Shown here one piece after another: positions 33,468-44,100 of a stretch of DNA of 64,000 bases. The DNA comes from Nibricoccus sp. GTDB lineage: Bacteria > Verrucomicrobiota > Verrucomicrobiia > Opitutales > Opitutaceae. The stretch spans positions 4,224,001 through 4,288,000 of the forward strand of contig JASGHG010000001.1 in the NCBI GenBank assembly GCA_047602425.1. The letters run 5' to 3'. The translations under genes were made by a program, and so were the position numbers. Numbering within the stretch: the first letter of the stretch is position 1; every line of letters begins with the position of its first letter. The notes under the pieces are model-generated. The model did not search any database, was not told the DNA's origin, and saw nothing but the letters and a program-made list of their open reading frames with translations.

Positions 33468-33696
33468 CCCGCCACTCAACCGTTGCGGGCCACCCACCTG
33501 CAAGATCGGATTTCATCAGACCTTCTTATGGCTCAGGGATCGGCCGGCATTCTTGTGGAGATAATGGCGGATCAAGCAAATAGGAGATTCTCCTAACTTG
33601 GACTGTGTAAAATTGGCTCGACAAATCAGTATCTTATGGTTGGATCGTAAACTTTGCCAGCCGCAGGGCTGCCACTCTTTTTACAGTACAAAGCAC

Positions 33697-35040
33697 ATGA
33701 CCAAAAGAACCCTTCCTCCTCGTAGGTTCATCAAGCCAACGTTCGAATTTCTGATCGAAAAGAAACGCGACGGCGGCGAATTTACGCAAGAAGAAATCCG
33801 CTATATTATTGATAGCACTTTAGATGGGGAGATGCCACAGCATCAGCTGGCGGCATTGGCCATGGCCATCTACTTCCAAGGTATGTCAGCCCAAGAGACG
33901 GCTGATTTGACCGAGGAAATGATGCTATCCGGCGAAGTGATCGATCTTTCGCACATCGCAAAACCGAAGATCGATAAATATTCGACCGGCGGCGTAGGCG
34001 ATAAAACTTCACTCGTCCTCGTTCCGCTCGCGATGGCTAGCGGTGTCGTGGTTCCGATGATGTGTGGCGTCGAACACGATTACGTCATCAACGCGCTCGA
34101 CAAGCTGGCCGCAATTCCTGGTTTCAAAGGCCATCACACGACCGAACATTTCTCGCATCAGCTCGCCCGCATCGGCGGCGCAATCGTCGCTCAGACGGAC
34201 GATCTCGCTCCGGCCGACGCGAAGTTCTACGATCTTCGCAAGGAAACCGGCACCATTCCGAGTCTTCCGCTCATCACCGGCAGCGTTCTCTCAAAGAAGC
34301 TCGCCGAAGGTTCTGAAGGTCTCGTGATCGATGTGAAGTGGGGCAATGGCTCCTTCATCAAGGATCTTGAGCAAGCCAAGCAGCTCGCTCGCTCGATGAC
34401 CCGCGTCGGCCGCTCGATGAAGCGCCGCTGTGTCGCGCTTGTCACCGACATGAATCAGCCGCTCGGCGACACCGTCGGCACCGCGCTCGAAATCAAAGAA
34501 GCCATTGCGCTTCTCAAGGGCGAAGGCCCCGAGGACATGAAGGAACTCGTGCTCAAGCTCGGCATGGAAATCGTCCGCCTCGCGGGTGTCGCTGGCTCGA
34601 CGCTTTCGGCCAAGCAGACCGTGCAGCGCCACCTGACCGATGGTTCGGCTCTCGAAAAATTCAAGGAGCTCGTCAAAGCCCAGGGCGGCGATCCGACCTT
34701 TATCGACCACCCGGAAAAATTCCCGCAGGCGAAACACATTCGCAAACTCCCGGCTCCGAAACGCGGCTACGTGCACACCATCAATGCCGCAATGATCGCG
34801 CGCGGCGTGCACCTCCTCGGCGGTGGCAAGGAACAGGCGCACGACAAGATCGATTACGCCGTCGGTGTTTCCGAGATCAAGAAAGTCGGCACCCAGGTAA
34901 AACAGGGCGAGCCGCTCATGATGATTCATTACAACGATGAAGCGAAGCTCGAGCAGGCCCTTGAATACTTCAAGAACGCCTACCGTCTCGCCCCGAAACG
35001 TCCGACGCCTCCGCCCCTCGTCGTCGAGCGCGTGGCCTGA
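33697..35040 (+). CDS. Thymidine/pyrimidine-nucleoside phosphorylase homologue with altered active site
   Basis: IEKKRDG, DKYSTGGVGDK, LAPADAKFYDLR, SVLSKKLAEG, DVKWGNG, TDMNQPLG; canonical DKHS and SGRGLGHTGGT are absent. Confidence 0.9.
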   Translation: MTKRTLPPRRFIKPTFEFLIEKKRDGGEFTQEEIRYIIDSTLDGEMPQHQLAALAMAIYFQGMSAQETADLTEEMMLSGEVIDLSHIAKPKIDKYSTGGVGDKTSLVLVPLAMASGVVVPMMCGVEHDYVINALDKLAAIPGFKGHHTTEHFSHQLARIGGAIVAQTDDLAPADAKFYDLRKETGTIPSLPLITGSVLSKKLAEGSEGLVIDVKWGNGSFIKDLEQAKQLARSMTRVGRSMKRRCVALVTDMNQPLGDTVGTALEIKEAIALLKGEGPEDMKELVLKLGMEIVRLAGVAGSTLSAKQTVQRHLTDGSALEKFKELVKAQGGDPTFIDHPEKFPQAKHIRKLPAPKRGYVHTINAAMIARGVHLLGGGKEQAHDKIDYAVGVSEIKKVGTQVKQGEPLMMIHYNDEAKLEQALEYFKNAYRLAPKRPTPPPLVVERVA

Positions 35041-35067
35041 GCCGACCGCGATTCGCACAATAACTTC

Positions 35068-35099
35068 AAAGCCGACCGGACACCGGTCGGCTTTTTTTT
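35068..35099 (+). terminator. Rho-independent terminator
   Basis: GCCGACCGG-ACA-CCGGTCGGC followed by T8. Confidence 0.9.
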
Positions 35100-35479
35100 G
35101 CCAGATAGGTGTGTGCAGATCGAATCGCTGGGAAGTTGCGCGCCATCGCTCTGCGGTCCGGGGAAATAGCAACGATCGATGCTGTACGAAAAGTAACGCC
35201 AAGTTTTGGAGACTTAGAGCAATTTCATTGAAACTATGGCTGATTTCCGGCCTCAGTTTTTCGAGAAGCGCTTTAGCATCTGCTGCGTACAGAATACTGA
35301 TGGGCCTCACTATAGCTATACGCTCGGTCTAGGAACCACACAGTTCAATCGACGACAACGGTCGGAACCGCAACGAACAGCGAAGATGGTGTGCCCAGTT
35401 AGCGAATCCTTCTGTGCTTTGGTTCGTTCTATCGCGCCTGACGTTCTACGGTTTTTTAATAGACGAGGTATGCGGACAC

Positions 35480-35512
35480 AAAAAACCCCAAGCGGCCGAG
35501 GCTGCTTGGGGT
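35480..35512 (-). terminator. Rho-independent terminator of the CTERM-protein gene
   Basis: CCCCAAGC...GCTTGGGG stem with T run on the minus strand. Confidence 0.8.
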
Positions 35513-35536
35513 GAAGGTTCTAAATCGTGCTTCGGG

Positions 35537-36196
35537 TTAGCGGCGGATGAAGCGACGCATTCCGGCGAGCGACAGAAGGCTCAAACCGAGCAAACTGACG
35601 GTGAAGGCGCCTTCGGGCACTTGCTTTGGAGTCGTGACGATGTCCAGCTGGACGCCGGTGTTGTAGTAATGGCAGTCGGGGTCGAAGCCGAGACCGAACA
35701 CTGCTTTATTGTAGCTGGTGGAATCGATGATGTAGCTGGTCAGGAGTCCGATGTTGGAGGTGGTAAAGTTATAGACGAAGTCGAAGGTCTTGTCGGACGT
35801 ATCGCCACCTTTGGGATCAGACCAAGAGGTGAGGAAACCACCTTGCGGAGCAAAATAATTTCCGCCGCTCTGGTTGTCCCAGTATGCCACGACGTTCTTG
35901 GTGGGATCATCGAGGAGGTTGATGTTGAGGACATCCGGCTCGACGGTCCAGTCCCAGACGTTCCAGATCGTGAGTTTGGCGCTTTGGATCTGTTGGCCAC
36001 CCGAGATTAGCGAGGTGCGGAGGGACTCGACGGAGCTGCCGGAGATGCCCCAGCTGTAGGCGTAGTAGTGATCCAGGTCGCCGAGATCGTCTAGATCTCC
36101 CTGACCGTCATTCGGCGTAAAGGTGAAAGTTGCGGCTTGAGCGGTGATCGCGAACAGGCCGAGAGCAGCGAGGCTGAGTAGTTTCTTCATTTTCAT
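35537..36196 (-). CDS. PEP-CTERM/VPDSG-CTERM-type exosortase-sorted surface protein
   Basis: Signal peptide (ITAQA); C-terminal VPEGAFTVSLLGLSLLSLAGMRRFIRR; GFDPDCHYYNTG motif. Confidence 0.9.
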   Translation of the reverse strand: MKMKKLLSLAALGLFAITAQAATFTFTPNDGQGDLDDLGDLDHYYAYSWGISGSSVESLRTSLISGGQQIQSAKLTIWNVWDWTVEPDVLNINLLDDPTKNVVAYWDNQSGGNYFAPQGGFLTSWSDPKGGDTSDKTFDFVYNFTTSNIGLLTSYIIDSTSYNKAVFGLGFDPDCHYYNTGVQLDIVTTPKQVPEGAFTVSLLGLSLLSLAGMRRFIRR

Positions 36197-36236
36197 TGTC
36201 GAAGTGGAAAGGTTGATTTTGGACGAGCGACGCTTG

Positions 36237-36252
36237 AGCAATGATAGTGCCA
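36237..36252 (-). promoter_or_regulatory. Sigma-54 (-24/-12) promoter
   Basis: Minus strand TGGCAC-TATCA-TTGCT exactly matches TGGCAC-N5-TTGCW. Confidence 0.85.
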
Positions 36253-36383
36253 AGAATTAACATCTTCTTAAGACAGATTTATTAAGCATTGATATTAAAC
36301 TTATTGAATAAAATAAAAAAATTTAACCTTTTAGGAAAAGTCGGGAAACCACAACCTTTCTTTGTAAGCATATCCGACGCTCT

Positions 36384-36399
36384 TGTCGAAACGGCGACA
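36384..36399. promoter_or_regulatory. Candidate enhancer (upstream activator) site for a sigma-54 activator
   Basis: TGTCG-N6-CGACA (TGT-N10-ACA) about 130 bp upstream of the -24 box, beyond an AT-rich tract. Confidence 0.5.
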
Positions 36400-36886
36400 C
36401 GGGCGAAAGTGGTCCGGTTTTTGCGGAAAAGGGATCGTGTACACGCGGGTGAAATAGCGACGCACGGGTTGTAGGCTCTGTTGCGCGGTTGTGGAACTCA
36501 TCCCATCCGACACAGGAATCGCGGGTTGGCGAAAGTGCCAAGGGTCGTGCGCCAATAGCGACCATTTTGGTGGTAGTTCGTGGGGTGGAGGCCGGTGAAT
36601 TTTGCAGACGTGACATGATTTTGTACCGCATGCGCGAAGTTGTCCGTTTTCGTGTGGCTGCGTTTAAACGGGCGTCTTGCCCAGTTTGATTCTATGCATT
36701 CCTGACATCGCTTCTGTTGGTTAGGTAGATCGGTTTAGGGGGAAGGTGCACCCAGCCATTTTCTAGTTCCCGGACGTTGTATCCAACCCGTTGCGACACC
36801 TGAGATATGAGATTTTTTTGTTTCTCGGTTGCGAAGCCACAGTCTTGCTGCCGCTTTATTTAAATTGGCCGGCAGCCACCTTTAAA

Positions 36887-39113
36887 ATGATGGACCCCGT
36901 TTTTGATTCGAAATATTTCGCTGAAACCTGCGGCGTCGTTGCTTCTGCGGTGCGCAGTTGGGTAAGCTGGAGCCGTGCGCGGCATCGGCGCGGAATTTTA
37001 TCCAGCCTTTGGACTTGGTTCTTTTTGTTGGTTTTTAGTTGTTCGCTGTCGGTGGCCGCGAATCGCATCGACGTGCCGGTGAAAATCAATGGTCAGGTCA
37101 TGCGGTTCGGCTTTGACACTGGAGCGGGTGCGGAGGTCGCGCTCTGGCAGGATGTCGCCGCTTTGATGGCGTTGCCTTCAAAGTCCCTGGCAACAGGACC
37201 GCTTTCGCCGGGTCACGTCGCGGTGGAACTATCCGATCCGGTTGCGGTGGAATTTTTCGGCACCAAGTCTCCGGAAGCGCGCATCGCGGTGATCAAAGGG
37301 CCCGACTATGCGAAATGGGAAATCCAGGGCCTGGTCGGATGGCCGGCGGTGCGAAACAATATTTGGAAAATCGATTTGGGCCGAAGCGGCTTGGGCATCA
37401 TAGGCAGTGTCCCGGCGGAAGCCGAGGGCTGGCTCAAATATCGAGTGAGCCAAAAGAAAGAAACCCTCGTCCTTGAAATTCCACGGGGCGATGGCGTGGG
37501 ATTGCTCGCCATCGACACCGGCTCGCAAGGCGGCGTGGCGCTTTCTCCGCGATTGTGGAATGAATGGAAAAATGCGCATTCGGGGCCGCCCGCCGTTTTG
37601 GAAGGCCATGAGATGCTGGCGACGGGAATCGCTCTGGCTGAAGTCACCGCCGCCGAACAATGGTCTATCGATAAACTCACTTTGTCGAAGGTGCTCCTGG
37701 AGCAGGCGCATCCGACCGAAATCGCCATTTATGGGGACGCTTATCTCGCAACGCTGGGTTTTGACGCGCTGCGCAAGCTGACCTTGATCGTCGATGGCAA
37801 AAATGGCTGGGCTTACCTTCAGCCGCACGAGAGCTCGGCGCGTTTGGGCTTGTACAATCGGTTGGGGGCAACGTTCATTCCGGCTGAGCCGCAAGGAGGG
37901 GAACTGGAGGCTCGGGTGGCGCCCGAAAGTCCGGCCGCGATGGCCGGGCTGCGCAACGGAGATCGCCTGCTCAAGCTTAATGGACTCGACGTCGAACATT
38001 GGCGCCAACGGCCGGGCAGCTGGCCGCTTGCGGAATTCTTTAACCAACCGCCAGGTACTCGGCTCGATTGCGTGGTGAAACGAGACGGACAGAACGTCGC
38101 GGTTCGTCCCGTTTTGCAGGAAATTTTAAGCTTCAAAAACGTTCCGCCGCACCCGGCATTCGAAATTCCGCCGCGTCCTGATTTCCATTTTATCCCGCCC
38201 CTTGCCGGTTTGGTTCGGCGAGCTGGAGATTTGGGCATTCCTATTACCTCGCAATCGAAAACCCCTGTGGAGGGTTTCATGCAAAAAGGCGATACAGTCA
38301 CCGCGTTGGTTACAAGTGTGGACGAAGGTAAGATTCGGCAATGGCTGGTTTTATTTTCGGGCAACGATTTGAAACCGCAGGAGAAAAAGGCGGAGCGGAA
38401 AAAACCGACACTTTATACGCTGAGCGGACGGGAGGTGCGCTTTGACCACACTCCGGTCCGGGGTGGCGATCCGCACAGTCGGGCCTTTCACGGTGAACGG
38501 GAAAGATCGTGACGTTCGCGATGAGTGGTCCGGCGCAACCGTGACGCGTGACTATCTGGCCTTGGGCTTGGACAGCACGGCGATTACGATGAGAAAAATC
38601 GCTTCGGCTAAAGGAGCGCGCGTCGGCTTTAACACCCGTCGGCCCGCTGACGACAAGGCTGCGGCAAATCGGGCGCAATTGGAAGCCGCGGGAATTGGCT
38701 TGGAGGACGAACGCGCTTTTGCCGGTGGAACGATGGCGATGGCTGATTTCTTTCGCATCGCTGCGCAAACTCCCGGAGTGCGCGACGTGTTGCGCGAGAT
38801 GCTCGATATTTCATTTAAAGACCTGCTGAAAAGCCCGCAGATTAGTATTAATATTCAAGCCGAGGTGGAAGACTTTGACCCCGCATTTTGGGGATTGGCG
38901 CCTGGTGAGCCTTGCCGCTCTTTTTGTTTCCGCATTGAACTGAACGGCGTCCCTCGATTGACGTGCCGCGTCGCGGCAACGCGACCATTGCGTCCACTTC
39001 AGACTGTGGCCGGGGTGGTTGGCATCGCTGCATCGCGTTTCGATGGAAGCGGACCGCACGTTATGGTTCGCATGTTGTCGGCTCATACGGTCGAAGCGCC
39101 CGTTGCGAAATGA
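36887..39113 (+). pseudogene. Secreted double retropepsin-like aspartic protease + PDZ + unnamed C-terminal domain, split by a +1 frameshift near 38459
   Basis: FGFDTGAG and LAIDTGSQ; PDZ motif SPAAMAGLRNGDRLLKLNG; ...VRFDHTPV joins GVAIRTVGP in ORF 38442-39113; start codon uncertain. Confidence 0.8.
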
Positions 39114-39262
39114 GAGCGCTGCCATCGAAGGCAGAGTTCGCTACGACCGAAATTTTGCGGTCGCGGACAATGAATCTTTAGGCGAAAGCGACAGCGCAGA
39201 AGCAACCTGTTCAACTAAAAAGGTACAAAGTTCGAGGGGGTTTTTCCTCGATTGAACTTGCG

Positions 39263-39335
39263 CTGTCATTTCGCGCCCGGGCAGCGGATTCAGGTTAGTC
39301 ACCCGAATGTTACGATGCCGCCACAAAGTTGTCAC
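39263..39335 (+). promoter_or_regulatory. Pho-box-like direct repeat array
   Basis: GTCAT at 39265, GTCAC 39298, GTTAC 39309, GCCAC 39320, GTCAC 39331: all in 11-bp phase. Confidence 0.65.
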
Positions 39336-39399
39336 GCATTCGAGGCATGGTGCGCTGGTTCCTGAAATCTCCACCTCCTTGCTTGGCTTAAGTCATCAC

Positions 39400-40857
39400 A
39401 TGAAAAAACAGCGCATCGCTTCACTTGTTCTTGTTTCGTCCCTTCTGGCCTCGGCTGCTCACGCCGTCGATCTGATCGCCATCGGATCCATCAGCGGCAG
39501 CTATGAGGATTTTGCCACTGAAACCGCCTTTCCGCTCGAAAATGGTCTCCCGGGAAATTGTCTGGGCGGAATTGGTTCGGGTTTGGCTTATGCCGGTGGC
39601 ACCACCTTTCTCGCGCTTCCGGATCGCGGACCCAACGCCAAGGCCTACAACGCCCTCGTCGACGACACAGCCTCCTACATTCCCCGTTTCCATACGCTCA
39701 ATCTCAGTCTCGCGCCCACCGCCGATCCCGCCACGGGGTTGCCGTTCACGCTCACGCCGATGTTGACGGGCACCACCTTGCTTTCGAGCCGCACGCCATT
39801 GAGCTACGGCAACGGATCCGGCCTCGGGAACCAAGTCGACGGTGTCACACCGCTTGGTTCTGGCGTACCGTTGTTGAACGCCATTGACCACACGCATTAT
39901 TTTAGCGGGCGCTCGGATAATTTCGACGCCACCAAACCTTCGTCCTCGCCCAAAAATGCCCGCTTCGATCCCGAGGGCATCCGGCTTTCCAACAATGGTC
40001 GCAGCGTATTTATTTCCGACGAATATGGTCCGTTTCTCTACGAGTTCGACCGCGCGACGGGAGAGCGTATTCGGGCAATCGCTTTGCCCGCCAATCTTGC
40101 CGTCGCCAAGCTCAGCGCGCAGGGCGCGGTGGAAATTGCCGGCAACACGATCGGTCGCGTCGCCAACAAAGGCATGGAAGGGCTGGCCATCACGCCCGAC
40201 GGGAAAATGCTGGTGGCCGCGATGCAGGCCAATCTGGAGCAGGACAAAAAGAAGAGCCTGCGCCTGGTCACAGTCGACCTGAAAACCGGCATCACGCACG
40301 AATACGCTTATCAACTAACCGATGGTTCGGGTGTGAGCGAAATTGTAGCAGTCAACAACCATCAATTTCTGTTGGATGAGCGCGATGGTAGCGGCCTGGG
40401 TGAATTTCCGTCGATTGGAGAAACGGCTTCCAAAGCCGTGGTGAAAAAACTCTATTTGATCGATCTCGCCGGAGCGACCGATGTCAGCGCCATCGCCGGA
40501 CCCAACGCCGATCTTTCCTCTTACGCGGTCAAAAAGACGCTGTTTCTGGATATTGTTGGCAAGCTCAACGCTTCCGGCATCAGCAGCTATTTGATTCCAT
40601 CGAAAATCGAGGGCGTCACCTTTGGTCCTGACGTCGAGATCGGCGGGGGCACGAAGCACACGCTGTTCATTGCAAACGACAACGATTTTCTGGCGACCGT
40701 CGCGGATCCCTTGAAGCTTCCGACGGACGCCACGCGTGGAAAAATTCCAAACCCCAACCAGATTTACGTCTTCGCATTTACCGATGGCGAATTGCCCGGT
40801 TTTGTCCCTCAGCAATTCAAGCGATCCCACGATCGCGACGTCGATTGCCGGGACTGA
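39400..40857 (+). CDS. Secreted phytase-like esterase family protein
   Basis: Signal peptide; LGGIGSGL, LPDRGPN, FDPEGI, SDEYGP, NKGMEGLAI, KIEG, NDNDF. Confidence 0.9.
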   Translation: MKKQRIASLVLVSSLLASAAHAVDLIAIGSISGSYEDFATETAFPLENGLPGNCLGGIGSGLAYAGGTTFLALPDRGPNAKAYNALVDDTASYIPRFHTLNLSLAPTADPATGLPFTLTPMLTGTTLLSSRTPLSYGNGSGLGNQVDGVTPLGSGVPLLNAIDHTHYFSGRSDNFDATKPSSSPKNARFDPEGIRLSNNGRSVFISDEYGPFLYEFDRATGERIRAIALPANLAVAKLSAQGAVEIAGNTIGRVANKGMEGLAITPDGKMLVAAMQANLEQDKKKSLRLVTVDLKTGITHEYAYQLTDGSGVSEIVAVNNHQFLLDERDGSGLGEFPSIGETASKAVVKKLYLIDLAGATDVSAIAGPNADLSSYAVKKTLFLDIVGKLNASGISSYLIPSKIEGVTFGPDVEIGGGTKHTLFIANDNDFLATVADPLKLPTDATRGKIPNPNQIYVFAFTDGELPGFVPQQFKRSHDRDVDCRD

Positions 40858-40900
40858 GCGGAGACGGATTTCTACGGCTGTATCGATTGAATAGTGAAGT

Positions 40901-40940
40901 CGGACGCGGACAGGATTCCGCGTCCGTTTACTTTTATTTT
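40901..40940 (+). terminator. Rho-independent terminator
   Basis: CGGACGCGGA-N6-TCCGCGTCCG followed by a T-rich tail. Confidence 0.75.
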
Positions 40941-41143
40941 CGCGACTTAAACGTCGCGAGGGGAGGCGGTAGTCACACCCATGAAATAGCGGCATGCGGA
41001 AGTTTGTTAGGCTAGGGCGGGGAAGATTTTGCGCTGTAGGTCAACGACGCGCGCATCGACTCAGTTGACGGTGTGATTGCCGAAGCGGTCTGAATGGGGC
41101 GGTCAGTTTGTCTCCGCTTCCCCAACACAAGCAACCCCTCCCT

Positions 41144-44100
41144 ATGCATCATGCTATTGCCGCGCGTACGCGCGTGTCTGTTCCTTTCGTAGGAACTTCA
41201 ACGCAGGTTTGGAAAAATCTGCTTTTTTTCTGTGCCGTTTGCCTTCTCGTCATTGGTTCGACTTCTCCACGTGTTTCCGCCCAGACCGCCTCTGCCGAGG
41301 CGACGGGGACGCTCACAGGTAGGGTCTTGAACGTTATAAACGGGCAGTATGTTAAAAATGCTCGCGTGACGGTTGTAGGCAGCAGCCTCGAAGCCGTAAC
41401 GGATGAATTTGGCGAATATCGCATCTACGGTGTTCCCGCCGGCGAGATCACCGTGAAAGTGATCTATCCCGGTCTCGATACGAAAGAGGAAAAACTTGTC
41501 GTGAAAGCCGGTGAATCGATCGAGCGTACGATCCATTTGTCCACCGGCGGTGTAGCTGACTCGGGCGAAACCCTCGTGCTCGATTCCTTTGTGGTGGCTG
41601 GCCAGAAGGACACAAATGCGCGCTCGATCGCCACGAGCGAGCAACGTTATGCCTCGAACATGAAAAGCGTCGTATCGGCGGACGAGTTTGGTGACATTTC
41701 CGAAGGCAACGTCGGCGAGTTCCTGAAATACCTGCCCGGCATCCAGGCCGAGTACAATGCCACCGAAGTGCGCGGTCTCAGCCTCAATGGCTTTGACTCG
41801 AATTTCGTCGGCGTGGCGGTCGACGGTGCTCGCGCCGCCAGCCCCAGCTCCGGCAACGCCAACCGCGGCTTCGACACCCGCGCCATTTCGCTGAACAACA
41901 TCGCGCGTGCCGAAGTGATCAAAGTGCCTTTGGCTGATCTGCCGGCCGACAACATCGGCGGCTCGGTGAATCTCGTGACGAAGAGCGCATTTGAGCACTC
42001 CAAGCCCCAGTTCAATTACAGCGCGTACCTGAGCCTAAACAGTGAAAACAAGGAATTCTGGCAACGCATGCAGGGCCTCCCGAGCAGCAATCGCGTTTAT
42101 CCCGGCATGCCTGGGTTCACCTTCAATTACATCAAACCGATCAACAAAAAGATCGGCATTACCCTTAACGGTCTTTTCACCAATCAGCTCAACGAAAACC
42201 ATCGCCCAGTTGGCACGTGGCGCCTGACTGGCGGAAGTGCCACGCCTTCCAGGCCGTACATGCAGAGCTATCAAATCCAAGATGGCCCCAGCGACGTGCA
42301 CCGCGCCTCGATCAGCGGAAAGCTCGATTGGAAATTAACTCCTAACAGCGTCCTCTCGCTATCGGTCGCCTCCAACGTTTACGACTTCTCCTTCGGCAAC
42401 CGTAATATCACCTACGGACCTGGGACGACCGAAACCTCCTCGATCACCGGTGGCCGCGCACTGTCATTCACTCCCGACTCAACCGTCGGCGCCACCGGCC
42501 GCGGCGACGTGAGCTTGGGCGGCAGCATGCGCACCATGCAGGGCGTCACCAATATCTTCGTGCTGAATTACCGTTTCAACAGTCAGTTTTGGGAAGTCAC
42601 GGCGAACGCCAGCCACTCCAATTCGAAGTCGGCCTACCGCGATACGCGCGACGGATATTTCCAAGATGCGACAATTAACATGCAGGGCATACGCCCTATC
42701 GCGGTCGCGCTCTACGGCACCCAGAATTCTCCCTCGGCTCCCACCGTGGTTGTGACGGACAATTCGAACAACGTCCTCGATTTTCGTGACCTTGCCAATT
42801 ATCGCCTGACCCAGGTTCAATCGAGTCCGGTGGACGGTGAGGTCTCGATCCGTAGCGCGAACGTCGACGTGAAGCGCGCCATCCCGATCAAGTGGATGCC
42901 CACCACGGTGAAAACCGGTGTGGCGATTCGCGAAGAGCTTCGCGACAACCGTCGCTACCAAGACCGCTGGACTTACCTCGGACCTGATCGTGTGGCGAAC
43001 AACGCTGACAACAACCTCGACAGCACTTGGGTGGATTCATACCGCGATGGCGCCGGCTTCAACAATACCGTGGTCTGGCCCGATCGTCGGAAAATGTACG
43101 CGCTTTACCTGGAGCACCCTGAGTATTTCCTCCCACTCTCCGCCGCCAACGAACTTTACCGCATTCAAAATTCCGAAGTTTTGAACGAGACGGTCAGCGC
43201 CGGCTACATTCGCTTGGATGCCCGTCCGATGCGCCGTTTGCTCGTGATCGCCGGAGTGCGCTACGAAAAGACGGCCGACAAAGGCGAAGCCTACTTGTAT
43301 GATCCCGACGCACCATTCCGCGATGCAAACGGCAAAATCGTCGTCGTGGGCGGAGTGAAGGTTCGTCAGCCGGGCATGCCAGCGGCAGGCACTTACGCGG
43401 AAACCCAGCTGCTCTACAAGGAGCGTGGCAACAAAGTCAGCCGCAGCTACGACGGGTTTTATCCCAGCTTTGGCGCGACGTACTCTATCTTGGACAACCT
43501 GCTCTTCCGTTCGTACTACGCTGTCACGATCGGCCGACCCAACATCTCGAACATTCTGCCGGTCAAAACCATTGACGAAAATGATAACGGTTTGGGAGGC
43601 GGCACAATCACGCTGAACAATCCCCAACTCAAACCTTGGACCGGCCGAAGCGTCGACCTCTCGCTTGAATACTACTTCAAGAAAGGTGGCATCGCCTCCG
43701 TGCGTTACTTCACCAAAAAGCTCACCGACTTCTGGCTGAACCGCACCGACGTCGTCAACGCCGAGGCGGCCGAAGAATTCGGTCTGGACCCAGCCTTTGC
43801 CGATGGGACTTGGATCTACACGGCGCGCCGCAACGGCGGTAACGCGAAGATCTCGGGTTACGAAGTTTCATATTCGCAGAAACTTCCTTTCCTGCCCCCG
43901 CGCCTGGACGGCCTCTCGTTCATGGCCAATATGACCGAAAATCATGTGGAGGGTGATCGGGCTGCTGACTTTACCCGCTTCATTTCACGCAGTGGCAACG
44001 TCGGCCTCGGCTGGAACAAATATCGCGTCCGTGCAGATCTAAAATGGAATTACCGCGGCCAAGTCGTGAGCGTCTCCAATGCAGCTTTGAACATCTACAA

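Noticed and set aside
35236..35514. 92-aa ORF in the spacer between two terminators
   Set aside because: No RBS or motifs, and it overlaps a terminator; cannot be supported
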